DNA of 46,307 nucleotides from Alphaproteobacteria bacterium (GTDB lineage Bacteria; Pseudomonadota; Alphaproteobacteria; RF32; CAG-239): NCBI GenBank assembly GCA_045590955.1, contig JAZNSB010000012.1, positions 1 to 46,307 of the forward strand, read 5' to 3'. Shown piece by piece: positions 38,083 to 46,307 of this stretch (position 1 is its first letter; each line of letters starts with the position of its first letter). The notes under the pieces were generated by a model. It saw only the letters and a program-made list of their open reading frames with translations, ran no database searches and was not told where the DNA came from. The position numbers and the translations under genes were made by a program.

Positions 38083-39327
38083 ATGGCTTTTTTAAAAGAA
38101 GAAAATTTGTTTGATACGCTACACAGAATCGAAAAAGATTCCAGAGGATATGGCGCAGTTTATGTTGATATATCAAAATTAAAAATAAGATATCAAAAAA
38201 ATGCATTTTTAAATGTTTTAGGTTGCATGTTGGATAATGTAGTAGCAAGTGTGGCAGGAGGAGCCTTTTTATTAAAAAATGATGACGTGGTTTTATTGGG
38301 GCATGATATAGATACCAAAGTTGCGCAAAATGTGTTTCAGGTTCTTAAAGAAGCAGTTGTTTATGAAAAAGATATTGAAAATATGCAAGATTATATAAAA
38401 ATTTATGGTTTTCCAATTGATTTTGATGAATTTCGTACTTTAATGTATGATATTAAAAATTCTCAGCAAAATGCAATTAAAAAACATCCGATAACAGCTT
38501 CTTCTCTGAATAAAGTAATCGGAACTGTAGAAGAAGCAAAAGTTGAAGATATTGTAAAAAGACAACCTGTGTATCAGTTTAATGAAGATGGTTCTAGGAA
38601 ACTTTTGTTTGAAGAATTTTTTGTGGCATTAAAAGATTTGGCAACATTTATGCCGGCAACGGTTGATTTGGAAGCAAACAGATGGTTGTTTTCTTATGTT
38701 ACACAGGCATTGGATAAAAAAACCATGAATTCTTTCTTTAAGTCAGATATTAAAAATTGGCCATCAGGAATTAGTATTAATCTTAATTTGAAATCTGTGT
38801 TTACAAAAGATTTTGTAGAATTTGCAAAGAATTTTTTGAAACAAGGACAACAATTGCATATTGAAATTAATTTATTGGATGCATTTATAAATTTCGGATT
38901 GTTTCAAGAAGCTCAAAAAATTTTGCAAAAAGGCGGACACAAGGTTTTAATTGATGGGCTTACAATTAACATTTTGAAAATGCTGAACATTGATAGTATC
39001 AAACCTGACGAAATTAAGATTTTTTGGGACCCTCAGTGGGAAAAAGATGTTAATAACGAAGTGGTAAAAGATACAATTTCCAGAATGGGTGTCCAAAATG
39101 TGATTTTGGCAAAATGTGACAGCAAAAGAGCTTTAGACTGGGGTAAAGCTTATGGAATTAAAAATTTCCAAGGTCCATATGTTGATGATTTGCAGATAAA
39201 TGCAATTATGAGAGCTTGTCCTGATGCATTAAATTGTACGGCAGAACAATGTTTGAAAAGAAAAAGATTAATTTGCGGAAACATTAGAAAAGAATGCTTA
39301 AATCTACAAATGTTGGAGGGAGAATAA
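38083..39327 (+). CDS. Degenerate EAL-domain-like protein with N-terminal extension and Cys-rich tail
   Basis: VKRQPVY...FEEFF...ISINLN...IEINLLD...VLIDGL...IKIFW...FQGPY follows the EAL fold layout, but EAL, DDFG and EGVE motifs are replaced. Confidence 0.78.
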   Translation: MAFLKEENLFDTLHRIEKDSRGYGAVYVDISKLKIRYQKNAFLNVLGCMLDNVVASVAGGAFLLKNDDVVLLGHDIDTKVAQNVFQVLKEAVVYEKDIENMQDYIKIYGFPIDFDEFRTLMYDIKNSQQNAIKKHPITASSLNKVIGTVEEAKVEDIVKRQPVYQFNEDGSRKLLFEEFFVALKDLATFMPATVDLEANRWLFSYVTQALDKKTMNSFFKSDIKNWPSGISINLNLKSVFTKDFVEFAKNFLKQGQQLHIEINLLDAFINFGLFQEAQKILQKGGHKVLIDGLTINILKMLNIDSIKPDEIKIFWDPQWEKDVNNEVVKDTISRMGVQNVILAKCDSKRALDWGKAYGIKNFQGPYVDDLQINAIMRACPDALNCTAEQCLKRKRLICGNIRKECLNLQMLEGE

Positions 39328-39331
39328 AAGG

Positions 39332-40108
39332 ATGACTCCAGTAGAGAAAAATTTGAAAAAATTAACACCGGAAGTGTTGGATAAAATTCAAAAAGTTTTA
39401 TTGAAAACTGATTTTTCAAGCTTAATCAGAAGACAATCTGTTTCAATTATGGAAACGCTGACAAAACCTCAACCTGTGTTTGATGAAATTTGGGTGGAAA
39501 TTGCAGATTTAAAAGAAATGGTTGCGCCGGAATTTGACCTTAAGTCTGATACTTGGTTGTTTCAACATTTTACAGAAACGTTGGATTGTGGTGTATTAAA
39601 ATGTATTCAAGAAGGAGAAGATTTTTCTTTATCACAAGACATTAGTATCAATCTTAATGTTTCTACGGTGTTGTCAGAAAATTTTGTTCAGTTTGATGAA
39701 AATATTAGTGCGGCAACAGATAAAACAAGCATTATTATTGAAGTTAATTGGCTTGATGTACTCAGTGATATTAAATCTTTTATGTTGGCAAAAACATATT
39801 TGCACAATAAAGGTTACAGAGTGTGTTTGGATGGTGTGCCACCTGATAAGTTGAAGTATTTGAATTTGGAAAATATGGATTTGGACTTTATTAAAATAAT
39901 TTGGAGCCCAACCCTTATGGAAGAAATGAGAAAAATTCCATATTTTACAGATGACGCAACAAAGCGTAAAAGAGGAAGAATAATTTTGTGCAGAATTGAT
40001 GACCAAAGAGCAATTGATGTTGGAAATTCTGTGGGTATAAATTTTTATCAGGGAAGATATATCCAAAAGCTTATTTTTGATGAAAAAGCAAAACAAAAGT
40101 TTATTTAA
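39332..40108 (+). CDS. Stand-alone degenerate EAL-domain-like protein
   Basis: IRRQSV...FDEIW...WLFQHFTETLD...ISINLNV...IIEVNWLD...VCLDGV...FIKIIW...YQGRY. Confidence 0.78.
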   Translation: MTPVEKNLKKLTPEVLDKIQKVLLKTDFSSLIRRQSVSIMETLTKPQPVFDEIWVEIADLKEMVAPEFDLKSDTWLFQHFTETLDCGVLKCIQEGEDFSLSQDISINLNVSTVLSENFVQFDENISAATDKTSIIIEVNWLDVLSDIKSFMLAKTYLHNKGYRVCLDGVPPDKLKYLNLENMDLDFIKIIWSPTLMEEMRKIPYFTDDATKRKRGRIILCRIDDQRAIDVGNSVGINFYQGRYIQKLIFDEKAKQKFI

Positions 40109-41445
40109 TTTTGTAAAGTTTCATCTTGTAAAATATCTTCAAGTTTTATTTTTAGCGAATCTGATTTTGTTTTTGCAAGGGCTAATCTTGCTTGCTTTTG
40201 TGCGCCTTTAATGTTACCTATATGCAAAAGATATTGTGCAGTGGCATATATGGCATAATCTTCTTGATTTGTATATCCGTATGCTTGGGAAAGTAAATTC
40301 CAGCCGAATGAACTTGGAGCTTCAATTAATGCTTGGTTGAGCAAAACAATAATTTCTTTTGCCAAAGATACAGAAGGTTCGGTTTGCAAAACGGCATGTG
40401 CATAATTGAGTTTGAAAATTGCAGAAGATGGAAGTAATTCAAGGGCTTTTCCATGTGCTATGATTGCTTTTTGTATTTGTCCGGTTTCTTGTAATATCTG
40501 GCCTTTGAATTCATAAAAAAACGGATTTTTTTCATCTTGTAAAATTAATGTGTTTATTTTTTCTAATGCTTTTTGTGCTTGTCCATCTTTGTAAAAAGCA
40601 ATTGCTTGCGCATATTGAGAAGTGATGCTTTGTTCAGACAGCGGGTATTTTGCAAGAGTTTGTTCTTTTGAATGTAAATATGCGTAGATTTTTGCCTGAA
40701 TTATTTGCATCTTTTCTAATAATAATGGGTTGTTTTTGAAGTGATTTTGATTGTTTGAAATTACATCTATTCTTTCTTTTGTTAAAGGATGTGTTGAAAA
40801 ATAATCTGTTTCTACAATGCCGGAAGATTTATTTTGTTGGTTTAATTTTTGCATGAAAGACAAAAATCCGGAAGAAGATATTTGGCTACGGTTTAAAAGG
40901 TCCAAAGCAAACATATCAGCTTGTCTTTCTTCTGCGCTTCTATAAGTATAATAATAATTTAATGCACTGCTGTGTGCTCCGGTTGCCACTGCTAAAGCAA
41001 CAGAAGGGTCTTTGCTGAAAATGGCAGCAGCTCCGGCAATTAATGTTGAAAAAACAGAAACATTGTTTAATTCTTGTGCGGTTAATTTTTGTCTTAAAAT
41101 ATGTCCGCCGGTTATGTGGCCAATTTCATGAGCTATAACAGATTGTATTTCTTCCGGTGTGTGGGCCGCTAAAATGGTGCCCGTATGGATAAAAAGTTGA
41201 TTGCCGTCTGAAACAAAGGCATTTAAAGACGGATCTTCTACAATAAAAATGTTTTGTCTGGAATAAGGTACGTGGGCATTGTTAAATAACGGTTGGAAAA
41301 GCATATCTAAAAAAGTTTGGGTTTCTTCATCAATAATAATTCGTAAAGAATTATCTGCAAAACAAAGAGATGTTTTGCAGATAATTACAAGACAAAGTGC
41401 AAGAAAGTATAATGTTTTTATTTTTTGATTAATTTTTTCCACCAT
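40105..41445 (-). CDS. M48-family metalloprotease with TPR (BepA/YfgC-like)
   Basis: Signal peptide; SLNAFVSDG...IHTG...VIAHEIGH (HExxH)...EERQAD...FSTHPLTKER; C-terminal TPR. Confidence 0.92.
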   Translation of the reverse strand: MVEKINQKIKTLYFLALCLVIICKTSLCFADNSLRIIIDEETQTFLDMLFQPLFNNAHVPYSRQNIFIVEDPSLNAFVSDGNQLFIHTGTILAAHTPEEIQSVIAHEIGHITGGHILRQKLTAQELNNVSVFSTLIAGAAAIFSKDPSVALAVATGAHSSALNYYYTYRSAEERQADMFALDLLNRSQISSSGFLSFMQKLNQQNKSSGIVETDYFSTHPLTKERIDVISNNQNHFKNNPLLLEKMQIIQAKIYAYLHSKEQTLAKYPLSEQSITSQYAQAIAFYKDGQAQKALEKINTLILQDEKNPFFYEFKGQILQETGQIQKAIIAHGKALELLPSSAIFKLNYAHAVLQTEPSVSLAKEIIVLLNQALIEAPSSFGWNLLSQAYGYTNQEDYAIYATAQYLLHIGNIKGAQKQARLALAKTKSDSLKIKLEDILQDETLQN

Positions 41446-43859
41446 GTTGCTTTCTTGGGAGTTTCTGTTTCTTGAACCTGCGGTTGTTTATCGTCCGCTT
41501 CATTTTGTATATTTGTTTCTTGAACTTGCTCAGATTGATTTGTTTTATTATAATCATTTCTTCTGAACTTACGAGGGTTTCTGCGATAATTTTTTTGATT
41601 GCGATTTGATTTATATTCGTTCAAATCTTCATTTGCAAAATTATCTGTATCTTCATCATTTACAACAGTGTCTGTTACCACATTGTCGTCTAAATCTTCA
41701 AGCTTTTGAGCCTTTGTTCTTTCCAATTTAAAGTCTACAATGTTGCGAATGGAATTGTCTGCACTGATTATAATGTTCATATTATAATTTTTTTCTATAT
41801 TTAATAGGTTTTCTTTTTTGTGGTTAAGTAAATATAGAGCAACATCTGATGCGGCAATTACATTTAGTTGAGAAGATCTGTTCTTGGTGCCTTCTTCTTC
41901 AATGCTTCTGAGAACCATCATTGCAGCGGATTCAATGCTTCTGACAATACCTCTGCCTTGACAATACGGACATACATGATAATTGCTTTCAAAGAAAGAA
42001 GAATGCATTCTTTGGCGAGAAAGCTCCAGTAAACCAAACTGGCTCATTCTTCCAACTTGCACTCTGGAGCGATCTTTTTTAAGAGCTTCTTTCATTCTTT
42101 TTTCAACTAAATGATTGTTTTGCGGTTCGTCCATATCAATAAAATCAACAACAACCAAACCGGCAAGGTTTCTCATTCTGAGTTGTCTGGCAACTTCGTC
42201 GCACGCTTCTAAATTGGTTTTTAGAGCTGTTTCTTCAAGATCTTTTTCTTTTGTTGCTCTGCCAGAGTTAACGTCTATGGCAACCAAGGCTTCTGTCGGG
42301 TTAATTACCAAATAGCCCCCGCTGTCCAATTGTGCAACAGTATCATGCAATTTGTCCAGCTGTGTTTCAACCTGAAAACGTTGGAATAACGGCATGTCGC
42401 TGTCTCTATATAATTTTATCTTCTTGAGATTGTGAGGAGATAAAATTTTGAAGAAATCTTTTGCTAAACGATATCCTTTTTCGCCGGCAACAAGAATTTC
42501 AGAAACTTCTTTGTTATATATGTCTCTTAATGTTCTTTTAATAAGATTGCCTTCTTCGTAAATAAGAGATGGAGCTTTGGCTTTAAGAGAATTTATGCGG
42601 GTGTTGTTCCACGACCTGATAAGGTAGTTGTAATCTCTAATAATGTCTGATTTTGTTTTGTCTTCTCCGGCAGTTCTTACGATTAAAGACATGTCAATGC
42701 TTAAAGGTAATTGTTTTACAATGTCTTTTAGACGTTTTCTGTCTGCCTGATTGGTGATTTTGCGAGATACTCCGCCGCTTTTGATGCGGTTTGGCATTAA
42801 TACGCAATAACGACCGGCTAACGATAAATAAGTGGTTAAAGCAGCTCCCTTATTGCCTCTTTCTTCTTTTACAATTTGAACCAATACAATTTGACCCTCT
42901 TTGATGACGTCTTGAATTTTATTTCTGTGGTAGAGCTTTCTGACTTTTATCAAACGTCTTTGAAGTTCAAAATTGTTGTCATTTTCATCGTCATCATCGT
43001 CATCATCGTCGTCGTCATCATCATTTTCATCTTCTGCAACAATGGAATCGTCATAAGAATTGGCACTTAATGGCGTGTCCTCATTTATGCTGTTTTCTTC
43101 AATACCGTATGTTTCTGCCATGGTTGTGGTTTTTTTGGCAGTTTTTGTTTTTTTGCTTTTTGTAGAAGTTTTCTTTACTGCACGTTTTTTTCTTGTCGGT
43201 TTTGCTTCTTCTTGAGGCAGTTCTTCTTTTTCTTCTGTTGTTTCCATTGTTTCCATCATGATGCTATGTTGCAAGATTTCTTCTGCAATGTTTAAAATGA
43301 TATTTTCAGGAGATGGAAGTGAATGAGAACAAGAATTTTCTATAATTAACGGAGAAATTTCGGCAACAGGAACAGTTTGTTCCTGAAGCAAACCATCATC
43401 TTCCGGATTTGTTAAATTTGAAACTTCTTGAACTTCGGTTGCTTGATTTTCTTGCAGTTGCTCTTGCGCTTGTTGTTGAGCAAGCATATCTGCAAGTTTT
43501 TGTTCTCTGGCCAATTTTGCTCTTTGTCTGGCAGCTTCTCTTTCTTTTATATATTGTTTTTTGTTTTCAATAATTTCTTCAACTTCTTGCTCAACTTCTT
43601 TGATTTGCTCTTCGGAAACAAAGTAATAATCCGGATGAATTTCTCCAAAGGCTAAAAAACCATGTTTGTTGCCGCCATAATCAACAAAACATGCCTGCAA
43701 AGATGGTTCTACACGCATAACTTTGCCAAGGTAAATGTTGCCTTTTATTTGTTTTCTGGATGATGTTTCAAATTCAACGTCTTCCAGTTTGTTGCCATTA
43801 ACAACCACAACTCTGGTTTCTTCTTCTTGAGTTGCATCAATAAGCATTCTTTTTGTCAT
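41418..43859 (-). CDS. rne: Ribonuclease E (Rne/Rng family)
   Basis: KRMLIDAT..EETRVVV...KGNIYLGKV.RVEPSLQACFVDYG...KEERGNKGAALTT...AIDVNSG...DFIDM...CPYCQGRG. Confidence 0.97.
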   Translation of the reverse strand: MTKRMLIDATQEEETRVVVVNGNKLEDVEFETSSRKQIKGNIYLGKVMRVEPSLQACFVDYGGNKHGFLAFGEIHPDYYFVSEEQIKEVEQEVEEIIENKKQYIKEREAARQRAKLAREQKLADMLAQQQAQEQLQENQATEVQEVSNLTNPEDDGLLQEQTVPVAEISPLIIENSCSHSLPSPENIILNIAEEILQHSIMMETMETTEEKEELPQEEAKPTRKKRAVKKTSTKSKKTKTAKKTTTMAETYGIEENSINEDTPLSANSYDDSIVAEDENDDDDDDDDDDDDENDNNFELQRRLIKVRKLYHRNKIQDVIKEGQIVLVQIVKEERGNKGAALTTYLSLAGRYCVLMPNRIKSGGVSRKITNQADRKRLKDIVKQLPLSIDMSLIVRTAGEDKTKSDIIRDYNYLIRSWNNTRINSLKAKAPSLIYEEGNLIKRTLRDIYNKEVSEILVAGEKGYRLAKDFFKILSPHNLKKIKLYRDSDMPLFQRFQVETQLDKLHDTVAQLDSGGYLVINPTEALVAIDVNSGRATKEKDLEETALKTNLEACDEVARQLRMRNLAGLVVVDFIDMDEPQNNHLVEKRMKEALKKDRSRVQVGRMSQFGLLELSRQRMHSSFFESNYHVCPYCQGRGIVRSIESAAMMVLRSIEEEGTKNRSSQLNVIAASDVALYLLNHKKENLLNIEKNYNMNIIISADNSIRNIVDFKLERTKAQKLEDLDDNVVTDTVVNDEDTDNFANEDLNEYKSNRNQKNYRRNPRKFRRNDYNKTNQSEQVQETNIQNEADDKQPQVQETETPKKATWWKKLIKK
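42987..43022 (-). repeat. Asp12 tract (mixed GAT/GAC) in the RNase E S1 insertion
   Basis: Twelve consecutive Asp codons, flanked by EN on both sides. Confidence 0.9.
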
Positions 43860-44209
43860 AATAAAACTCCATTGCCTTTAAAGGCATAAAATTTATACAA
43901 ATGATAGGGAGTTTGAAAATATAAATATACTGCCAGTGCAGCAAAGAAACCGGACTTATCCCGTATAAAATATAAAAACTCTTTCTATCACAACCCCAAA
44001 AAAACACATACGCATCACTCATCGCTATGAAAAAGTGGCAATACCTACTCTAAAGATTTGTATATTCATCATTTTTTAAGTTCAATCTTTTTTCAGTATT
44101 AAATATATGTTTTTATGTTTTGTAAGATAACATCTTTTTTTATAAAATTACAAGTGATTTTTAAGATATTGGTAAGAAGTTTGAGCTATAATTTTTTATA
44201 GAGGAAAAA

Positions 44210-45439
44210 ATGATGAAAGAAATGAGCTTTAAAGACTTCTTTTTTAAGGTTAGAACACTATTTTGTTGTCTGGCCTTGTTGTGCATTTTTTCCACAAAGG
44301 TTGAGGCAAAAGAAATTTATGGCATGAGAATCGGTCAGGGCGTGGGAAGTGTGAGAATTGCCTTTGATGCCCAAAATACTTTTGATTATAAAGTTTTTAT
44401 GCTCAACGACCCCAAAAGATTGGTAATTGATGTTGAAAATATAAAAGTTTCTTCAAAAATTGAAAAAGTAAAAGATAAAAGCAATTTAATTGAGGGATTG
44501 CGTTTGGGAAATGATAATCGGAGAATTGTTTTTGATCTTAAAAAACCGGTGGTTGTAAAAAAAGCATTTATGTTGCCTCCGCAAAGTTCTTTTCCATGGC
44601 GTTTTGCAATAGATTTGCAAATTGCTTCAGAACGAGAGTTTTTAAATAAAATCGGTTTTGAAAATGCAGTTTCTACTTCAAAAGACTTTAAAGAATCGTC
44701 TTATGACAACAAAGTAACAGCAGTAAATCAGCCGATAAAAACAAGTAAAAAAATAATAGTGTTAGATGCAGGACATGGAGGGCGTGACCCGGGAGCAATA
44801 GGGTATTCCGGAGTTTATGAAAAACATATTACGCTGTCTATGGCCAAGGAATTAAAAGCAATTTTAGACCAAACAGGAAAATATCAGGTTTATTTGACCA
44901 GAAGTACAGACAAAATCTTGGCATTGAGAGAAAGAGTAAAAATTGCACGTGCACATAAAGCAGATTTGTTTATTTCAATTCATGCAGACAGTGCCAGAAA
45001 TAAAAAAGCTACGGGGTTGTCAGTCTATACTTTGTCGGAAACAGCATCAGATAAAGAGGCTGCCGCATTGGCAGAAAGAGAAAATAAAGCAGATGTTATT
45101 GCCGGATTGGATTTTGCAGAACATACCAGAGAAGTGGCAGATATTTTGATAAATTTGGCACAAAGAGAAACGATGAACAGGTCTTCGGAGTTTGCCTCTT
45201 TCATGGTGGAACAAATGCGAAAAAAAGTTCATTTGGTGGCAGATACTCACAGATTTGCAGGTTTTGCCGTGTTAAAAGCACCAGATATTCCGTCGGTGTT
45301 GTTGGAAATGGGATATTTGTCTAACAGACAAGAGGAAAAACTGTTAAAACAAAAAGAATATAGAAAAAAATTGGCGGTTTCAGTTAAAAATGCCATCAAT
45401 AAATACTTTGAAAATATGCAAAGAGTTTCTTTGTTCTAA
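44210..45439 (+). CDS. amiC: N-acetylmuramoyl-L-alanine amidase (AMIN + Amidase_3)
   Basis: Signal peptide, AMIN-like DPKRLVID, catalytic LDAGHGGRDPGA...E, SIHADS, LLEMGYLSN. Confidence 0.95.
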   Translation: MMKEMSFKDFFFKVRTLFCCLALLCIFSTKVEAKEIYGMRIGQGVGSVRIAFDAQNTFDYKVFMLNDPKRLVIDVENIKVSSKIEKVKDKSNLIEGLRLGNDNRRIVFDLKKPVVVKKAFMLPPQSSFPWRFAIDLQIASEREFLNKIGFENAVSTSKDFKESSYDNKVTAVNQPIKTSKKIIVLDAGHGGRDPGAIGYSGVYEKHITLSMAKELKAILDQTGKYQVYLTRSTDKILALRERVKIARAHKADLFISIHADSARNKKATGLSVYTLSETASDKEAAALAERENKADVIAGLDFAEHTREVADILINLAQRETMNRSSEFASFMVEQMRKKVHLVADTHRFAGFAVLKAPDIPSVLLEMGYLSNRQEEKLLKQKEYRKKLAVSVKNAINKYFENMQRVSLF

Positions 45440-45524
45440 TAATATCAGACAAATACAAAAAATTGCAAAATTTTACTATCATTTTTTATTTTGTATGATA
45501 TAAACACTCTAGGTTTGGTAAAAA

Positions 45525-46307
45525 ATGAAAAATATAATGAAATTTATATCTTCGGTTATTAGCGCGGGAATGTTTTTTTCCGTGATAATTGCAATTGTAT
45601 TAATCAGCTCTTTGTGGGAGTATTCTTCTCAATTGCCCGATTACAGACAATTAGAAAAATATGAACCGAAAGTTACAACCAGACTTTTTGCCGGAGATGG
45701 ACAGTTGCTGATGGAATATGCTACGCAAAAAAGAATTTTTTTGCCGGTAGATAAAATTCCGGATAGAGTTAAACATGCTTTTTTTGCTGCAGAAGATAAA
45801 AATTTTTATTCTCATTGGGGAATTGATGTTTTTGGCATATTGCGCGCCATTGTCTCAAATGTAAAACAATTTGGTTCCGGAAAAAGACCGGGAGGCGCTT
45901 CAACAATTACACAACAAGTGGCAAAAAACTTTTTGCTTTCTTCTGAGCTTTCCATAAAAAGAAAAATAAAAGAAGCTTTGTTGGCAATAAAAATTGAACA
46001 AGCTTTTTCAAAAGACCACATATTGGAATTATATCTTAATGAAATCTATCTGGGCAATCGTTCTTACGGTGTGGCCGCAGCTGCTTTAAATTATTTTAAT
46101 AAGTCCGTAAATGAACTAACCGTGCCGGAGGCAGCATATTTGGCAGCATTGCCGAAAGGACCAAATAATTATAATCCGAAAACCAAATATGACGCAGCAA
46201 TTACCAGAAGAAATTGGGTAATTGACAGAATGTCGGAAGAAGGATTTATTACCGAACAGGAGGCCTTGGAGGCAAAAAATACACCTTTGGAAGTGGTGGA
46301 CAGGGCT
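45525..46307 (+). CDS. mrcA: Penicillin-binding protein 1A, 5' part (runs off window)
   Basis: Open from ATG 45525 to the end: TM, LPDYRQLEKYEP, AAEDKNFYSHWGID, GASTITQQVAKNFLL, ILELYLNEIYLG (GT51 motifs). Missing from the ORF track because there is no stop in the window. Confidence 0.95.
   Translation, partial: MKNIMKFISSVISAGMFFSVIIAIVLISSLWEYSSQLPDYRQLEKYEPKVTTRLFAGDGQLLMEYATQKRIFLPVDKIPDRVKHAFFAAEDKNFYSHWGIDVFGILRAIVSNVKQFGSGKRPGGASTITQQVAKNFLLSSELSIKRKIKEALLAIKIEQAFSKDHILELYLNEIYLGNRSYGVAAAALNYFNKSVNELTVPEAAYLAALPKGPNNYNPKTKYDAAITRRNWVIDRMSEEGFITEQEALEAKNTPLEVVDRA

Noticed and set aside
42987-43022. Asp tract in rne as a slippage microsatellite
   Set aside because: Mixed GAT/GAC codons point to protein-level selection, not a pure DNA repeat.

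Overview
An AT-rich alphaproteobacterial chromosome segment. The lineage call rests on adk between secY and rpsM, no rpsD in the alpha cluster, and the presence of CarD/CdnL, ATP12, alpha-type RecX and RNase E, and rne-amiC-PBP1A synteny; a host-associated or gut lineage is only an inference. Bases 1-14.7 kb hold the end of a cold-shock gene and the S10-spc-secY-adk-alpha ribosomal cluster, detached from tuf. Bases 14.8-31.5 kb mix housekeeping genes (carD, apaG-like, recX, truA, rarA, RluA-family, AsmA, ATP12, acyP, trhP-like U32) with accessory genes. Bases 31.6-46.3 kb carry miaA, mreBCD-mrdA-rodA, two degenerate EAL-like genes, an M48 protease, rne, amiC and a partial PBP1A. I found no rRNA, tRNA, CRISPR array, IS or integrase. 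Best candidates for new biology: (1) a pentapeptide-repeat protein coupled to an orphan, motif-degenerate VirD4/TraG-like protein with a hidden out-of-frame C-terminal tail, placed at the head of a housekeeping operon; (2) a tandem pseudo-EAL pair after rodA, one with a 5-Cys tail; (3) a TolC-like/SPOR fusion lipoprotein; (4) a ~150-nt rod-like RNA plus U-tract before rpsJ; (5) a shared GGCUUU/AAAGUC hairpin in two ribosomal intergenic spacers. All homology calls come from motif recognition by eye; no searches were run.
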